From a virus, in IMG/VR virus record IMGVR_UViG_3300047557_001530, positions 107,369 through 171,368 of that record: a DNA stretch of 64,000 bases. One strand, given 5' to 3'. Position numbers and translations under genes: made by a program. This document shows, in pieces, positions 48,797 to 58,925 of this stretch (its first letter is position 1; every line of letters starts with the position of its first letter). The notes beneath the pieces are model-generated. The model was given only the letters and a program-made list of their open reading frames with translations. It was not told the DNA's origin and ran no database searches.

Positions 48797-49855
48797 ATGG
48801 CGACTAGGCTATTAACTGTAACATTAGAAGGAAAATACTATCAAGGAAGTATTCCTGTTAGAAAAATTACTTATTCTAACAGCAGTGTTGATTTGACTGA
48901 AGAAGAATATCAAGAAATTTTTTCACAGATTCCTTCTTATTGGAATACCGAAAATGATAAATTGATTCGTTTCATTGTATTCGATGATAAGAGTTATTTT
49001 TGTGAGCGTGAAAAAAACGTATTCAATTATTCGACCAGAGAAAAAGAGCCAAAAATCTACAAATTTGACTATGCAACTGATGAAGAAGCCCATGCATTAT
49101 ACAATTTTTTCGTAGAAAAATATGCAAAAATAAAGATTTCTAGAACTGAAAATCTTTATGATTCTATTATGAATCAAATTAAAGATATGTCTTTTGTGAA
49201 ACTTTCTATGCTAGAGGCTAGAAATAAATTACTCCAGCAAACTGACTATTTAATGATGTCAGATTATCCACTTGACGAAGAAGATCGTCAAAATTGGTCT
49301 GTTTATAGACAAGAATTGCGTGATTTAACAAATCAAGAAGCTTGGATTAATAACAATATTATGGAAGTTGAAATGCCTGTAAGCCCAAGACCTCTAGATC
49401 AATTGGATGTACTAAGAAGCAGTGTAAGAGATCTATCATCAATTCCTTCAGACTTAACACAAGAATTAATTCAAAATGTATCTGAAAATTCTGTAGAAGA
49501 TATTATCAAAAATATTGCTCAAATTTCCGTTAAGTTTGAGCTACTTAAGAGCATTAGTAAATTAAGACTTCCAATCTTAGAATTTAATAATACAGAAGTC
49601 TTTGCTGCAGAACAAGATTATGAAACCTTCCTAAATGAAGTGAAGTATGATACAATACAAGAGTCTAGCTTGCCACAAAACTGGTGGGAAGCTGCGATAT
49701 CAAACATTGATGACAAAATTTCTCAAGTTAATGCTATGTTGAAAACATACAAGGTTGATTTTACGATCAATGATATTTTAAATTCTATTATCGAACAAAA
49801 TAAAGTATCTGAACAAGATATGGAAGTAAATAATATTCTTGAGGAGTTACTATGA
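48797..49855 (+). CDS. Tail-fiber assembly chaperone-like protein
   Basis: RNKLLQQTDY...DYPL...W..YRQELRDL. Confidence 0.7.
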   Translation: MATRLLTVTLEGKYYQGSIPVRKITYSNSSVDLTEEEYQEIFSQIPSYWNTENDKLIRFIVFDDKSYFCEREKNVFNYSTREKEPKIYKFDYATDEEAHALYNFFVEKYAKIKISRTENLYDSIMNQIKDMSFVKLSMLEARNKLLQQTDYLMMSDYPLDEEDRQNWSVYRQELRDLTNQEAWINNNIMEVEMPVSPRPLDQLDVLRSSVRDLSSIPSDLTQELIQNVSENSVEDIIKNIAQISVKFELLKSISKLRLPILEFNNTEVFAAEQDYETFLNEVKYDTIQESSLPQNWWEAAISNIDDKISQVNAMLKTYKVDFTINDILNSIIEQNKVSEQDMEVNNILEELL

Positions 49856-50202
49856 AGTACGGACAAAATATTTTCATCGAAGATGATATTTTATTTCAAT
49901 TAGCCAAAAATTCTGGTAAAATTGTAATGCACATAAAAGCAGTTGGTGCTATTGAATGCAATGATGAAGAAAAAGAACAGGAAGTATGGGATTTTTATTA
50001 TGATAAATGCGATTTAAATGTTTTAAACATTTTAATGCAATTTAAAGAAGCGTATTGCTATTTTGATACACCAGACCAAGCAATAAACGCATATGATGAG
50101 TGGTTCCCTTCCAAAAAATTACTATTAGATGAAGAATCGCACTTATTTGTGAAAGTAACCTTAATGTCACCTGATGGATCTTTAGCAGCAGAAAATGAAT
50201 GA
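49852..50202 (+). CDS. Hypothetical protein
   Basis: 116 aa, ATGA-coupled. Confidence 0.7.
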   Translation: MKYGQNIFIEDDILFQLAKNSGKIVMHIKAVGAIECNDEEKEQEVWDFYYDKCDLNVLNILMQFKEAYCYFDTPDQAINAYDEWFPSKKLLLDEESHLFVKVTLMSPDGSLAAENE

Positions 50203-51130
50203 ATTAAATGAGATATATTATTCAAAAGATGATTTTGAAAAAATTATAGAACTGTTTACAGAAAACAACGTTAAATTAGAATTTGAAAATCCAATTGTAT
50301 TTCTAAATGCAATACAAAAAATTTCAAAATATTGCATACAGAAAGAAATAGAGTTAGCATTTGAAAAATCAAAAATAGTATCATTAATCGAATTTGATAT
50401 TCAAAATCGACAAGCCATTTCTACAGGAGCTGGCTATCCATATTCTAGTGTAAGCATTGTAAATGACGAGAAGATTAAATTGCATTTGAAAATATTATGT
50501 GAAATGTTTTCGTTTTATCCAAAAAGCATTATTAACTTCTTTAGTTCTTACATGCTTATGAATTCCGTGAATACTAATCAGATAGAACAATATTATTATT
50601 GGGTCGAGTCTGAAATGTTATCAGATATTGAAAAGGATTCTTGGGAAGAAGTATTATCTATTTTTAATCTCTCAGAAAATACCATCAATTTTTTAGCAAA
50701 TCATTATGAATATCTTTGTATAGATTATGTTGGGTTTGATTCTAAAAATCAATTATCTAAAGTAGGATTTTCTACTGCATTGCCCCTATTATTAAACAAT
50801 AATCCATCTAATTATTACTTGGATTATAAAAACTTAGATAAGGTACTAGTATTAATAGAAAAATTTTTTGGTACAAAAAATAGCTTTATATCTTTACAGT
50901 ATTCTTGTCAAGAAGAAGACTATTTTTCTTTGGAAACGTTCATGCCTCCTTCTAAATCAAATGATTTCTTTGAAGAAATGCATGAATATGGCATCATATC
51001 AGATGATGAATACCAAAATTTCAAAGAAATGAATATACCTAAAGAGTATATAAATTCAGTAGTAAAATTTAGATGGTCCAATAAGGATAAATTTTGTATT
51101 AAATTTTATCTAGAAAAATATGAAGACTGA
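50195..51130 (+). CDS. Hypothetical protein (very AT-rich)
   Basis: 311-aa ORF ending the late operon. Confidence 0.7.
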   Translation: MNELNEIYYSKDDFEKIIELFTENNVKLEFENPIVFLNAIQKISKYCIQKEIELAFEKSKIVSLIEFDIQNRQAISTGAGYPYSSVSIVNDEKIKLHLKILCEMFSFYPKSIINFFSSYMLMNSVNTNQIEQYYYWVESEMLSDIEKDSWEEVLSIFNLSENTINFLANHYEYLCIDYVGFDSKNQLSKVGFSTALPLLLNNNPSNYYLDYKNLDKVLVLIEKFFGTKNSFISLQYSCQEEDYFSLETFMPPSKSNDFFEEMHEYGIISDDEYQNFKEMNIPKEYINSVVKFRWSNKDKFCIKFYLEKYED

Positions 51131-51131
51131 C

Positions 51132-51185
51132 CAGTTAGGAAACCGTCACATGGGACTTGACTGGCTCCTTTTTTTGTGTCATACT
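51132..51185 (+). promoter_or_regulatory. Early promoter with an upstream CAGTT-N4-AAC(C/T)G element
   Basis: TTGACT(51157)-17-CATACT. Confidence 0.55.
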
Positions 51186-51208
51186 ATCTGTATCGAAACG
51201 CCTTTGAC

Positions 51209-52435
51209 ATGCAACTCCGTCCCCACCAGCAACGAGCACTGACTGCCCTCCAGAAATACCAGTTTGGACAGATCATCGCTCCGACTGGTGCTGGCAAAAC
51301 TCTTATTATGATTTTCGATGCCATGCGTCGGATGCGTGAGTCTACCACGCCCCAGACCATCGTGATCTGTGCCCCTCGTATTCTTCTCGCAGAGCAATTA
51401 TCCAGTGAGTTTCTTGAGTTTATTGACGATGCTAATGTTCTACACGTTCATAGTGGAGAGACGCATCATAAAAATACCACCAACCCGCAGGTAATTGCTG
51501 CATGGGATGAGGTTGTTGATAACCACAAACTCATCTTTACCACTTACAACTCTCTTCGTCGTTTGAACGAATCTGAGATCCATATTGATGTAGCTTATTA
51601 TGATGAAGCACATAACGCAACTCGCACGGACTTTTTCGATTCTGTGGCATCTTGTAATGCTACTAACTATTATTACTTTACTGCTACTCCCAAGCATCGG
51701 CGTTCTTCGCTCGGTACTGGGATGAACAACAAGATTGTGTTTGGTCAGATCATCGCCAACGTTCCTGCACCAGAACTTGTGGATCAGGGAAGCATTCTGC
51801 GTCCTACCATTCAGATTCATGAAGTTGATTATGAGCGTCAGAAAGGTCTCACCGCTGCCGACAACGACGCCAGCACCCTGATCGACATGATCGACGGACT
51901 GGACTCTAGGAACGCCCAGAAGGTGCTTGTGGCTGCTCCTAGCAGCAAGATCCTCTGGCAAATGCTATCGAGCACCAGCGTCCTTTCAGACCTCGCTGAG
52001 CGTGGTTTTGATGTTCTTCACATCACCAGCAAGTTTGGTGCTTATGTCAACCAAACTAAAGTTGATCGTGAGACTTTCTTTGACACCTTCAATACCTGGG
52101 GGCAAGATCCTGAGCGTAAGTTTATCATCTTCCACTACAGCATTTTGTCTGAAGGTATCAACGTCCATGGTTTGACCCACACTATTCTGCTTCGCAATCT
52201 TCCTATTGTGGAAATGGCACAAACCATCGGTCGTGTTATTCGTCTTAACAAAGATGATGCAAAAGATATTGCTGCTGGTAAGATTGCGGCAGGTAACTTC
52301 GATATGTACCGAAAGTCCACAGGGTTTGTGACCGTCCCTGTGTTCAAGAACTACGGCAAGAAAACCCAGCGTCGTCTGGAAGAAGTCGTAGACACTATCT
52401 TTGTTCAAGGTCAACCCGCTATTGATGTTCGCTGA
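51209..52435 (+). CDS. Superfamily 2 (DEAH) helicase
   Basis: LRPHQ, PTGAGKT, DEAH, TATP, SEGINV, QTIGRVIR. Confidence 0.92.
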   Translation: MQLRPHQQRALTALQKYQFGQIIAPTGAGKTLIMIFDAMRRMRESTTPQTIVICAPRILLAEQLSSEFLEFIDDANVLHVHSGETHHKNTTNPQVIAAWDEVVDNHKLIFTTYNSLRRLNESEIHIDVAYYDEAHNATRTDFFDSVASCNATNYYYFTATPKHRRSSLGTGMNNKIVFGQIIANVPAPELVDQGSILRPTIQIHEVDYERQKGLTAADNDASTLIDMIDGLDSRNAQKVLVAAPSSKILWQMLSSTSVLSDLAERGFDVLHITSKFGAYVNQTKVDRETFFDTFNTWGQDPERKFIIFHYSILSEGINVHGLTHTILLRNLPIVEMAQTIGRVIRLNKDDAKDIAAGKIAAGNFDMYRKSTGFVTVPVFKNYGKKTQRRLEEVVDTIFVQGQPAIDVR

Positions 52436-52442
52436 TTAACAA

Positions 52443-52643
52443 ATGTATGAAACCCTCACAGAATTTGAACGAGCCCTTGCTCGTTTTGGAGATAAAGTCG
52501 CCCTCATTGCAGGGCTTGAAATTGCGGATAAAATGTCTCCAGAAGACGCTTATCAACAAATCAAAGAACTTTATAAAGAACTTAAGAAACTCCGTAAGAA
52601 AGAACGATCCGATTGGGATCAGCTTGACTACGACAACAAGTAG
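52443..52643 (+). CDS. Hypothetical protein
   Basis: 66 aa, FERALARFGDKV...AYQQIK. Confidence 0.7.
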   Translation: MYETLTEFERALARFGDKVALIAGLEIADKMSPEDAYQQIKELYKELKKLRKKERSDWDQLDYDNK

Positions 52644-52782
52644 AGTTTGTTCTCGTTGCGATACAGAAAAACCTTTGAATAAAGATCATTATCAAGTAGT
52701 AAAATCATTTAAATCAGGATTTTCTTACTATTGCAATGAATGTTCAATAGAAATGAAGAAAACTAAACCCGTCAATAAATAA
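52447..52782 (+). CDS. Small zinc-ribbon protein (true start probably near 52610)
   Basis: CSRC...YCNEC in the C-terminal half. Confidence 0.5.
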   Translation: MKPSQNLNEPLLVLEIKSPSLQGLKLRIKCLQKTLINKSKNFIKNLRNSVRKNDPIGISLTTTTSRVCSRCDTEKPLNKDHYQVVKSFKSGFSYYCNECSIEMKKTKPVNK

Positions 52783-52801
52783 CTTCAACTGGAGAATATC
52801 T

Positions 52802-53128
52802 ATGCTTTCTACTCAATATCGTCTTCGCCTGCAAGCGATTTGTGATAAAATTGTGAAAGGTGAAACAGTAGAATTACTTGATATGATTTGGGCAGAAAAG
52901 CTTGCCAATGCTAATAGGTCAGCTGGAACTATGCTTCGTCAAGCAAGAAGAAAAGCAGCAAATCCTGATATGCAGGAAGGAGATCTTGATGATTTTTTGA
53001 ATCAGCTTGATATTGGTGGCATTGGTCACGAATCTAAAGGCATTAGTCGGTTTAATTCTGTCGATGATATTGTTGATTTTTTCACAGAAGGTAAAGATAA
53101 ACCAGAAGATTGGCGTCAGAGAGATTAA
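52802..53128 (+). CDS. Conserved cyanophage hypothetical protein
   Basis: GGAG RBS; MLSTQYRLRL...DMIWAEKL...DWRQRD. Confidence 0.8.
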   Translation: MLSTQYRLRLQAICDKIVKGETVELLDMIWAEKLANANRSAGTMLRQARRKAANPDMQEGDLDDFLNQLDIGGIGHESKGISRFNSVDDIVDFFTEGKDKPEDWRQRD

Positions 53129-53130
53129 AA

Positions 53131-53391
53131 ATGAATTTATATTACTACTTTATATTTTCTATATTTGCTATCATAGGTTATATGATGATAGTTGATAAGA
53201 ATGTTGTAACATTTATTGACTTAATGTTTCGTTATGCTGGAGTTCAACTTAAGCGAGCATGGTGGATCATTAGGTTTCATCCCATCAATCCAATTCCTCG
53301 TTGGACTCTCAAGTGGAGAGTTGAGAGGATGACAAGAAAACTTGAAAAAGATCTTAAGATCGACACAAAGGGCTTGACAGACCCAGACTAA
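53131..53391 (+). CDS. Hypothetical membrane protein
   Basis: N-terminal hydrophobic helix. Confidence 0.65.
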   Translation: MNLYYYFIFSIFAIIGYMMIVDKNVVTFIDLMFRYAGVQLKRAWWIIRFHPINPIPRWTLKWRVERMTRKLEKDLKIDTKGLTDPD

Positions 53392-53402
53392 CCTGTTACG
53401 AT
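53374..53402 (+). promoter_or_regulatory. sigma70-type early promoter
   Basis: TTGACA-17-TACGAT. Confidence 0.7.
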
Positions 53403-53424
53403 AGACCCATCAACAAATTTCGCC

Positions 53425-53607
53425 ATGACTCGTTACGACAAACTTATGGACATCATCAAGGATCATCTGTATAGTTACTACATCAGTGGTCAGCAGGGTG
53501 ACGGTTGGGATGAAGCAGATGCTCACGAAACTTCTCATGCTATTCTTCAGGCAGTAGAAGAGTATCAATCTTCTCCATTGGCAAGAGCTTGGAGGGCATC
53601 AGATTAA
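53425..53607 (+). CDS. Hypothetical protein
   Basis: First ORF after the promoter. Confidence 0.65.
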   Translation: MTRYDKLMDIIKDHLYSYYISGQQGDGWDEADAHETSHAILQAVEEYQSSPLARAWRASD

Positions 53608-53756
53608 TGGCACATTTAAAAGTGATGAAACTCCTCAATTCATTGGCATCCGCTAAAAAAATTATGGATGAACTTGGGGAGTATGATGATTATGATGTGG
53701 TAGAGCTTCTTGAAATGAAATACGAGAAGCTCTATCGTCAAATGCCCAAAAACTAA
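53607..53756 (+). CDS. Hypothetical protein (49 aa)
   Basis: TAATG coupling and GGAGG RBS. Confidence 0.55.
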   Translation: MAHLKVMKLLNSLASAKKIMDELGEYDDYDVVELLEMKYEKLYRQMPKN

Positions 53757-53771
53757 TTTTCTTACTTTATT

Positions 53772-53999
53772 ATGGACATTCGTATTCACGACAAAACTGG
53801 TAATTATGTTTCTCTTGAAGATTGTGTTCAAGATATGCAAAGCACCATTATTGCACTTCAAGCAACAATTGTTCAGCTTGAATATGCCATGAAAACTCAA
53901 ACTCCCCAAGAACCAGAAGAAGCACCTAAATCTGATTACGACAAACTTAAAGAAGAAATCATCGAAGAAGTAAATCTTATTATCTCCGACCTGCTATGA
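53772..53999 (+). CDS. Hypothetical protein
   Basis: 75-aa ORF in operon. Confidence 0.6.
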   Translation: MDIRIHDKTGNYVSLEDCVQDMQSTIIALQATIVQLEYAMKTQTPQEPEEAPKSDYDKLKEEIIEEVNLIISDLL

Positions 54000-54379
54000 C
54001 ATTTTCAGAACCTGTTCTCGGCACTGCCACCAAGAAAATCAAACTTAATTGGTGGGAATACTGGATTGGTCACTGCTGGATGACTGGGTTGCAAAGTATT
54101 CGTGGAGCATTCCGAATCTGGGCAGATTTGATGGGCAGTAACTATAAAGATTATGCTTTGCTCAAAGATGATAACCCAGAACAAGAATGTTTAGAATGGT
54201 TTTGGGTATCTCTTGGCGAAGATAATACTTATCCCAGAGAGTTTCTTGAATATCTTCAGAAATTGGTAGATGATATTGAGACGGGTAAAGAAGAATTGAT
54301 CCCCATGGATGAATCTTTTTTTGATAGGCTGAGAGAACTTGTTGAGGATGTTGATTTAGACGAGGATGAACTACAATAA
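53996..54379 (+). CDS. Trp-rich hypothetical protein
   Basis: ATGA-coupled 127-aa ORF. Confidence 0.7.
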   Translation: MTFSEPVLGTATKKIKLNWWEYWIGHCWMTGLQSIRGAFRIWADLMGSNYKDYALLKDDNPEQECLEWFWVSLGEDNTYPREFLEYLQKLVDDIETGKEELIPMDESFFDRLRELVEDVDLDEDELQ

Positions 54380-54662
54380 CGAGAAACTCAACGAAATATA
54401 TAGAGATACTTGGCCTAATTTGGGGTGGGCAAAAATGGATAGATTCAAAGCAGGTGATACAGTAAAGTATCTCGGATGCACTATAGAGCAAGTAAGATGG
54501 GGGTCTAACGATGACCCAAACGGAATTCTGATTGTGGGCGACAAATACTATGTTGAGCATGTCCATGTACACTCTCAGCATACTAAACTGGAACTCCGAG
54601 GAGTCAAAGGTAAATTTAATTCAGTATGTTTTGAGGTGACACATGACACAAGAAAAAGATGA
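54366..54662 (+). CDS. Hypothetical protein
   Basis: EQVRWGSNDDP...HSQHTKL...FNSVCF. Confidence 0.7.
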   Translation: MNYNNEKLNEIYRDTWPNLGWAKMDRFKAGDTVKYLGCTIEQVRWGSNDDPNGILIVGDKYYVEHVHVHSQHTKLELRGVKGKFNSVCFEVTHDTRKR

Positions 54663-55050
54663 TGCTCCATGGTTGAACACTACTTATGATGGGTTTATGA
54701 CACACGAACAAATGCTTGAAGAAGCAGCAAAACGAGAAGAAGAAAACGAGCGACCATTCTATCGTTTCTTTGCTATCGAATACTTTGCCACTGGAGAGGG
54801 TATGTCTTACTGGTTGAAAGTATGTCGTAACCATGACCTATACAATAACATTGATTACGACCTTGAAAGGTTTGTCAAGTTTATTGGTGTGGGTGCTGAC
54901 CATTACATTCATGGTCTAACACAGCCTACACAAGAAGAGTTTATGACTCAGTATGCTAATCTGATTCCACCATATATTGTGAAGATGATTGAGCGTAGAG
55001 ACCAGCCAGGATTTGATTGGGAAACACACTTCTACTTTAACTATTCATGA
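54643..55050 (+). CDS. Hypothetical protein
   Basis: GAGGTG RBS, 135 aa. Confidence 0.7.
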   Translation: MTQEKDDAPWLNTTYDGFMTHEQMLEEAAKREEENERPFYRFFAIEYFATGEGMSYWLKVCRNHDLYNNIDYDLERFVKFIGVGADHYIHGLTQPTQEEFMTQYANLIPPYIVKMIERRDQPGFDWETHFYFNYS

Positions 55051-55244
55051 CTGACAAAGAACTTTACAACCCAGACGAGTTTCTGCTGGATAATATCAAA
55101 GCATACCACTATGAGGTGATGGATGAAGGTGAACATGTGTGGATGGCATTCTATTTTGAGAATGGTAGTACAGGGCACTTGAATATTTTCTTGAATGCTG
55201 GTAAGATTAACACACGTTATGAGGAATGGGTCAATGACGCTTGA
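55047..55244 (+). CDS. Hypothetical protein
   Basis: ATGA-coupled. Confidence 0.65.
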   Translation: MTDKELYNPDEFLLDNIKAYHYEVMDEGEHVWMAFYFENGSTGHLNIFLNAGKINTRYEEWVNDA

Positions 55245-55521
55245 AATCAACGCTGACCAGGAAGCATTCTCCATTAGCATGGAAGAACTGTTTAATGTTG
55301 TTACAAAAATTGTAGCACATCCACATACTGCTATTGTTTCTCATGACAAACAACGAGCAGCAAAAATCTTTCTTGCTCTTCAAGATTATGTGAGTAATCA
55401 CGTTCAAGGATGGGAAGATATTGGACACTATGTAATGTCTGAACCTGCCCTTGATTTTGATACATTTGTGGAGAATAACTTCAATGAAAAAAATCTGGAA
55501 CAAATTCGTAGCATGGGTTGA
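55234..55521 (+). CDS. Hypothetical protein
   Basis: Operon packing. Confidence 0.6.
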   Translation: MTLEINADQEAFSISMEELFNVVTKIVAHPHTAIVSHDKQRAAKIFLALQDYVSNHVQGWEDIGHYVMSEPALDFDTFVENNFNEKNLEQIRSMG

Positions 55522-55705
55522 AGATGCTTATTGGGCATGTAAAAATGTAGTTTATTTTCGTACAGATAGATACGAAGAAAGAATGGATTACTGTGCCTTT
55601 TGGGAAGAAATAAATTGTGGATGGTATCAAATGTACATTTATCCATATGATGATTGGTATAATCCTACCATATCACCTGAACGTAAACTGAGGTTAAATC
55701 AATGA
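55484..55705 (+). CDS. Trp/Tyr-rich hypothetical protein
   Basis: GGAG RBS. Confidence 0.6.
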   Translation: MKKIWNKFVAWVEDAYWACKNVVYFRTDRYEERMDYCAFWEEINCGWYQMYIYPYDDWYNPTISPERKLRLNQ

Positions 55706-55887
55706 AAGTACCGACTAAATCTGAACTCATTCACTTGAAAATTCAGGCAGCAATGAGGGAGAACTATTTTGAAGAAGATCAGATGAAATACCTCGGCATT
55801 CGTGAAAACGAGCATTGGTATCTTGTTGCTGGCAAACATGAGGTTCCAGTATCATGTATTGAAGATTTTGAAATGAACCACCAATGA
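55702..55887 (+). CDS. Hypothetical protein
   Basis: ATGA-coupled. Confidence 0.65.
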   Translation: MKVPTKSELIHLKIQAAMRENYFEEDQMKYLGIRENEHWYLVAGKHEVPVSCIEDFEMNHQ

Positions 55888-56090
55888 CCGAAAGAGCACA
55901 AAAATTAATGGACGCTATCTATCAAGAGCGTAACACATGGGCGGACACCGAGCAAAAACTCGTTGCCGCCATTATTCGTAAGACCATGGAACATGTCAGA
56001 ACCATGACAGCACAGAAGATGAACAACTTGACAGTGCTAGACAAAGGTGATATGATGACCCTATCTAAAGAAGTGGAGAATCTCCCATGA
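55884..56090 (+). CDS. MTERAQ-family small protein
   Basis: Paralogous to 62717 and 63356. Confidence 0.65.
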   Translation: MTERAQKLMDAIYQERNTWADTEQKLVAAIIRKTMEHVRTMTAQKMNNLTVLDKGDMMTLSKEVENLP

Positions 56091-56335
56091 AACTGTTTGA
56101 TTATTTCCATCAGTATGATTATGGTCATGAATGGTATTTGAATGTCTTTTGTGCTAGACTGTTCAATCTATTTCAATTTAATTTAGATTGGTCTGATTGG
56201 GGTTGTAGACCCATTTTTCTTTTGAATATTTTAGGGGAAAGTTTGTTTGGGTTTAATATTTCTGTATACAGGTTTTCATTTTCTTTTGATTTCCTTGCCT
56301 ATCGTCAACGTGATTTAAATTGGTATCGCCAATGA
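56087..56335 (+). CDS. Aromatic-rich hypothetical protein
   Basis: ATGA-coupled; resembles 61870. Confidence 0.6.
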   Translation: MKLFDYFHQYDYGHEWYLNVFCARLFNLFQFNLDWSDWGCRPIFLLNILGESLFGFNISVYRFSFSFDFLAYRQRDLNWYRQ

Positions 56336-56697
56336 ACTTTCCAACGTTCTTAAACAAATGGATCATCGGATTTAAACCGATTAAATACACACCATTCTGG
56401 TGGTGGTATCGTTTGATGTGTCATGAAGGATTTCGTTTTGATGATTATGGCATCTGGAAAGAGTTCTGGCATTCTCTTAATCATGGTTGGCAACATATGG
56501 AATATGTGTATAACTTTGAAAAGTTTTGGGGAGAAGGTTCTTATCCACCAGAACGTATTGTAGTATCAGAAGAAGCATACGATAATCTGATGGAACGTAT
56601 CATTGCTCCGCCAGATCCAGAAGTAATAGAAAAAATTACCAGAGTTTTAACACGTAAAGCACCATGGGATGAAGATTATGAGCAACCCACTACTTGA
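56332..56697 (+). CDS. Trp-rich hypothetical protein
   Basis: ATGA-coupled. Confidence 0.65.
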   Translation: MNFPTFLNKWIIGFKPIKYTPFWWWYRLMCHEGFRFDDYGIWKEFWHSLNHGWQHMEYVYNFEKFWGEGSYPPERIVVSEEAYDNLMERIIAPPDPEVIEKITRVLTRKAPWDEDYEQPTT

Positions 56698-57196
56698 TAA
56701 ATTTGATGAAATATATGGCAAATCTAAGGTAGAAACTGAGGAAGAAACTAAGGAAGAACCTGTAGATAAACGAAAAGAAATTCTTGAAGAAGCAGAAGAA
56801 GAATTTGATAGAATTATAGGTAGTCATACACCATTCACAACATCAAGTATCGGTATTACTGCTGTTAATACGCCAGCAAAAGGAACACTTTCTATTAACG
56901 GTGGAGGTGAACTAACAGTATTTGATGGCAGCAATGATGTTGTAATACCTACAGGAACTGTAAATAATGGTTGTTTACACATGGATGGTAGTTGGGTCAC
57001 GCCAAATACCATAACTTCTCATGTTGTCAAACACAAGATGTTTACTATAGATCCTCAAAATGAAATAGAAGAACAATTTTGTAGAGTTCTTCGTGATGTC
57101 ACAGACAAACGAGCAACTATAACAGGATTGACTGTTAATTCTGATGGTGGCGGCAGATTAAATTATTCTATTGAAATCATTGGGACATATCCGTAA
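56678..57196 (+). CDS. Hypothetical protein
   Basis: 172-aa ORF. Confidence 0.65.
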   Translation: MSNPLLDKFDEIYGKSKVETEEETKEEPVDKRKEILEEAEEEFDRIIGSHTPFTTSSIGITAVNTPAKGTLSINGGGELTVFDGSNDVVIPTGTVNNGCLHMDGSWVTPNTITSHVVKHKMFTIDPQNEIEEQFCRVLRDVTDKRATITGLTVNSDGGGRLNYSIEIIGTYP

Positions 57197-57209
57197 AACT
57201 TATCAGTGC

Positions 57210-57238
57210 TTGACAGACCACGATCACCCCGCTATTCT
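57210..57238 (+). promoter_or_regulatory. sigma70-type promoter of the RNA-repair operon
   Basis: TTGACA-17-TATTCT. Confidence 0.7.
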
Positions 57239-57258
57239 AATTGAAATTAATCAAGACC

Positions 57259-58428
57259 ATGAACTACGATTTTCCTGAGATTAATCATATCAATGATGTC
57301 ATTCCTCACATTGAGGATTGGCAAGAGTTCAAAGTAATGGAAAAGGATTGGTACACTGTTATCAATTACATGGTGGCGTTTGATGAAACGTTCTCGCTTG
57401 TTCGTGAGCGTAGTCACCATAACATGAAGATTCGCCGTGAATGTCGTGGATTGATCTTTAATACCGAAACTGGCAAACTTATTTCTCGCCCCTATCACAA
57501 GTTCTTTAACGTTGGTGAGCGTGAAGAAACTGCTATCAACAAAGTTAATCTGTATGAACCTCATGTAGTTCTGGAAAAGTTGGATGGTTCTATGATCCGT
57601 CCGATTCCTACAAAAGAAGGTTTCCGTCTTGCTACCAAAGCAGGTATTACTGATGTAGCAATGAATGCTGAGGTGTTTATTGCCGACAAGACTAACTATC
57701 GTGAGTTCATTCTTGAACTGATTGATGATCGTAAGACGCCAATCTTTGAGTGGTGTTCTCGTAAGAATCGTATCGTTGTAGATTATCCTGAAGATCGTCT
57801 TATTCTTACTGCTATTCGTGACAACGAAAATGGTAGTTATGTGCCCTATTATAAAATGGTGTCGGCAGCAGGTTATGCTAGCATTCCTGTTGTAAAAGCA
57901 CTTGCTGGTCTTGCTGTTCAAGATATTAACTTGTTTGTCAAGCAAGTTCGTGAATGGGATGATGGTGAAGGTATTGTGCTACGATTTGACAGTGGGCACA
58001 TGGTTAAGGTAAAAGCAGATGAATATGTGCTTCGTCACAAATCTAAAGAGCAGATCAGTCAGGAAAAAAACGTCCTCCAGACTATCCTGAGTGACTCTGT
58101 GGACGACGTTGTACCCCTGCTGACTCCTGACGACGCCACCCGCCTTAAAGCGTTCCAGAACGCCTTCTGGCTGTCTGTGGACGACCTTGCTAGTGAGATG
58201 GCAGATCTGTATAATGCTGGCAACACTATGTATCCAGAGAAGAAAGATTTCGCTACACAGTATGTTCAGCGTATGATTCTACCGATTCATGCTCCCATCA
58301 TGTATGCTATGAAGGGCGGCAAGGGTTCCCGTGCTACCATTATAGATATGATCAGCAAGTCGCTAACGACTCAAACTAAAATTGAACAAAATCGCTGGTT
58401 GTGGGGAGGTCTTAAATGGAATGTGTGA
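57259..58428 (+). CDS. rnlA: RNA ligase 1 (T4 Rnl1/gp63-like)
   Basis: ECRGLIF, RPYHKFFNVGE, EKLDGS, FEWCS..NRIVV.Y, EGIV, VKVK...Y. Confidence 0.92.
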   Translation: MNYDFPEINHINDVIPHIEDWQEFKVMEKDWYTVINYMVAFDETFSLVRERSHHNMKIRRECRGLIFNTETGKLISRPYHKFFNVGEREETAINKVNLYEPHVVLEKLDGSMIRPIPTKEGFRLATKAGITDVAMNAEVFIADKTNYREFILELIDDRKTPIFEWCSRKNRIVVDYPEDRLILTAIRDNENGSYVPYYKMVSAAGYASIPVVKALAGLAVQDINLFVKQVREWDDGEGIVLRFDSGHMVKVKADEYVLRHKSKEQISQEKNVLQTILSDSVDDVVPLLTPDDATRLKAFQNAFWLSVDDLASEMADLYNAGNTMYPEKKDFATQYVQRMILPIHAPIMYAMKGGKGSRATIIDMISKSLTTQTKIEQNRWLWGGLKWNV

Positions 58429-58925
58429 TGCTGTGTGGTATACCAACGTCAGGTAAATCTACCTTTGTTGAACGTCTTCTCAAGACAGATTATTGGAAAA
58501 ATTGTGTAGTGCTGTCCACAGATTACTACATTGATTACTATGCCAAGAAACTTGGGAAGACATACAACGAAGTGTTTGATGACTACATTGATGAAGCAAC
58601 TCAAAGCATGAACAAATGCTTGGCACATGCTATTGAGCATAACAAAAACATTATCTGGGACCAAACCAATCTTGGTGTGAAAGCACGAAGAAAAAAACTG
58701 AATAAACTGCCGTCACATTGTCACAGAGGAGCAATCTATTTTGAAATTCCTTTGGAAGAAGCAATGGAACGTAATGAACACCGTGAAGGTAAGTTCATTC
58801 CAAAAAGCATTCTTCATAGAATGTATCATCAATTTGAAATTCCCACTGTAACAGAAGGATTTGATTATGTCGAATGTGGAACTGAAGAAGTGCTTCGTCT
58901 TCGATCTCGATGGCACTATTTGTGA
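58416..58925 (+). CDS. Polynucleotide-kinase-like P-loop protein (AAA_33)
   Basis: CGIPTSGKST, LSTD, WDQTNL, ERN..R...IP. Confidence 0.85.
   Translation: MECVMLCGIPTSGKSTFVERLLKTDYWKNCVVLSTDYYIDYYAKKLGKTYNEVFDDYIDEATQSMNKCLAHAIEHNKNIIWDQTNLGVKARRKKLNKLPSHCHRGAIYFEIPLEEAMERNEHREGKFIPKSILHRMYHQFEIPTVTEGFDYVECGTEEVLRLRSRWHYL

Noticed and set aside
58861-58925. Frameshift fusing the kinase and phosphatase into a PseT-like protein
   Set aside because: The phosphatase has its own AAGGA RBS and ATG at 58867, and no clear slippery heptamer with a stimulator was seen.
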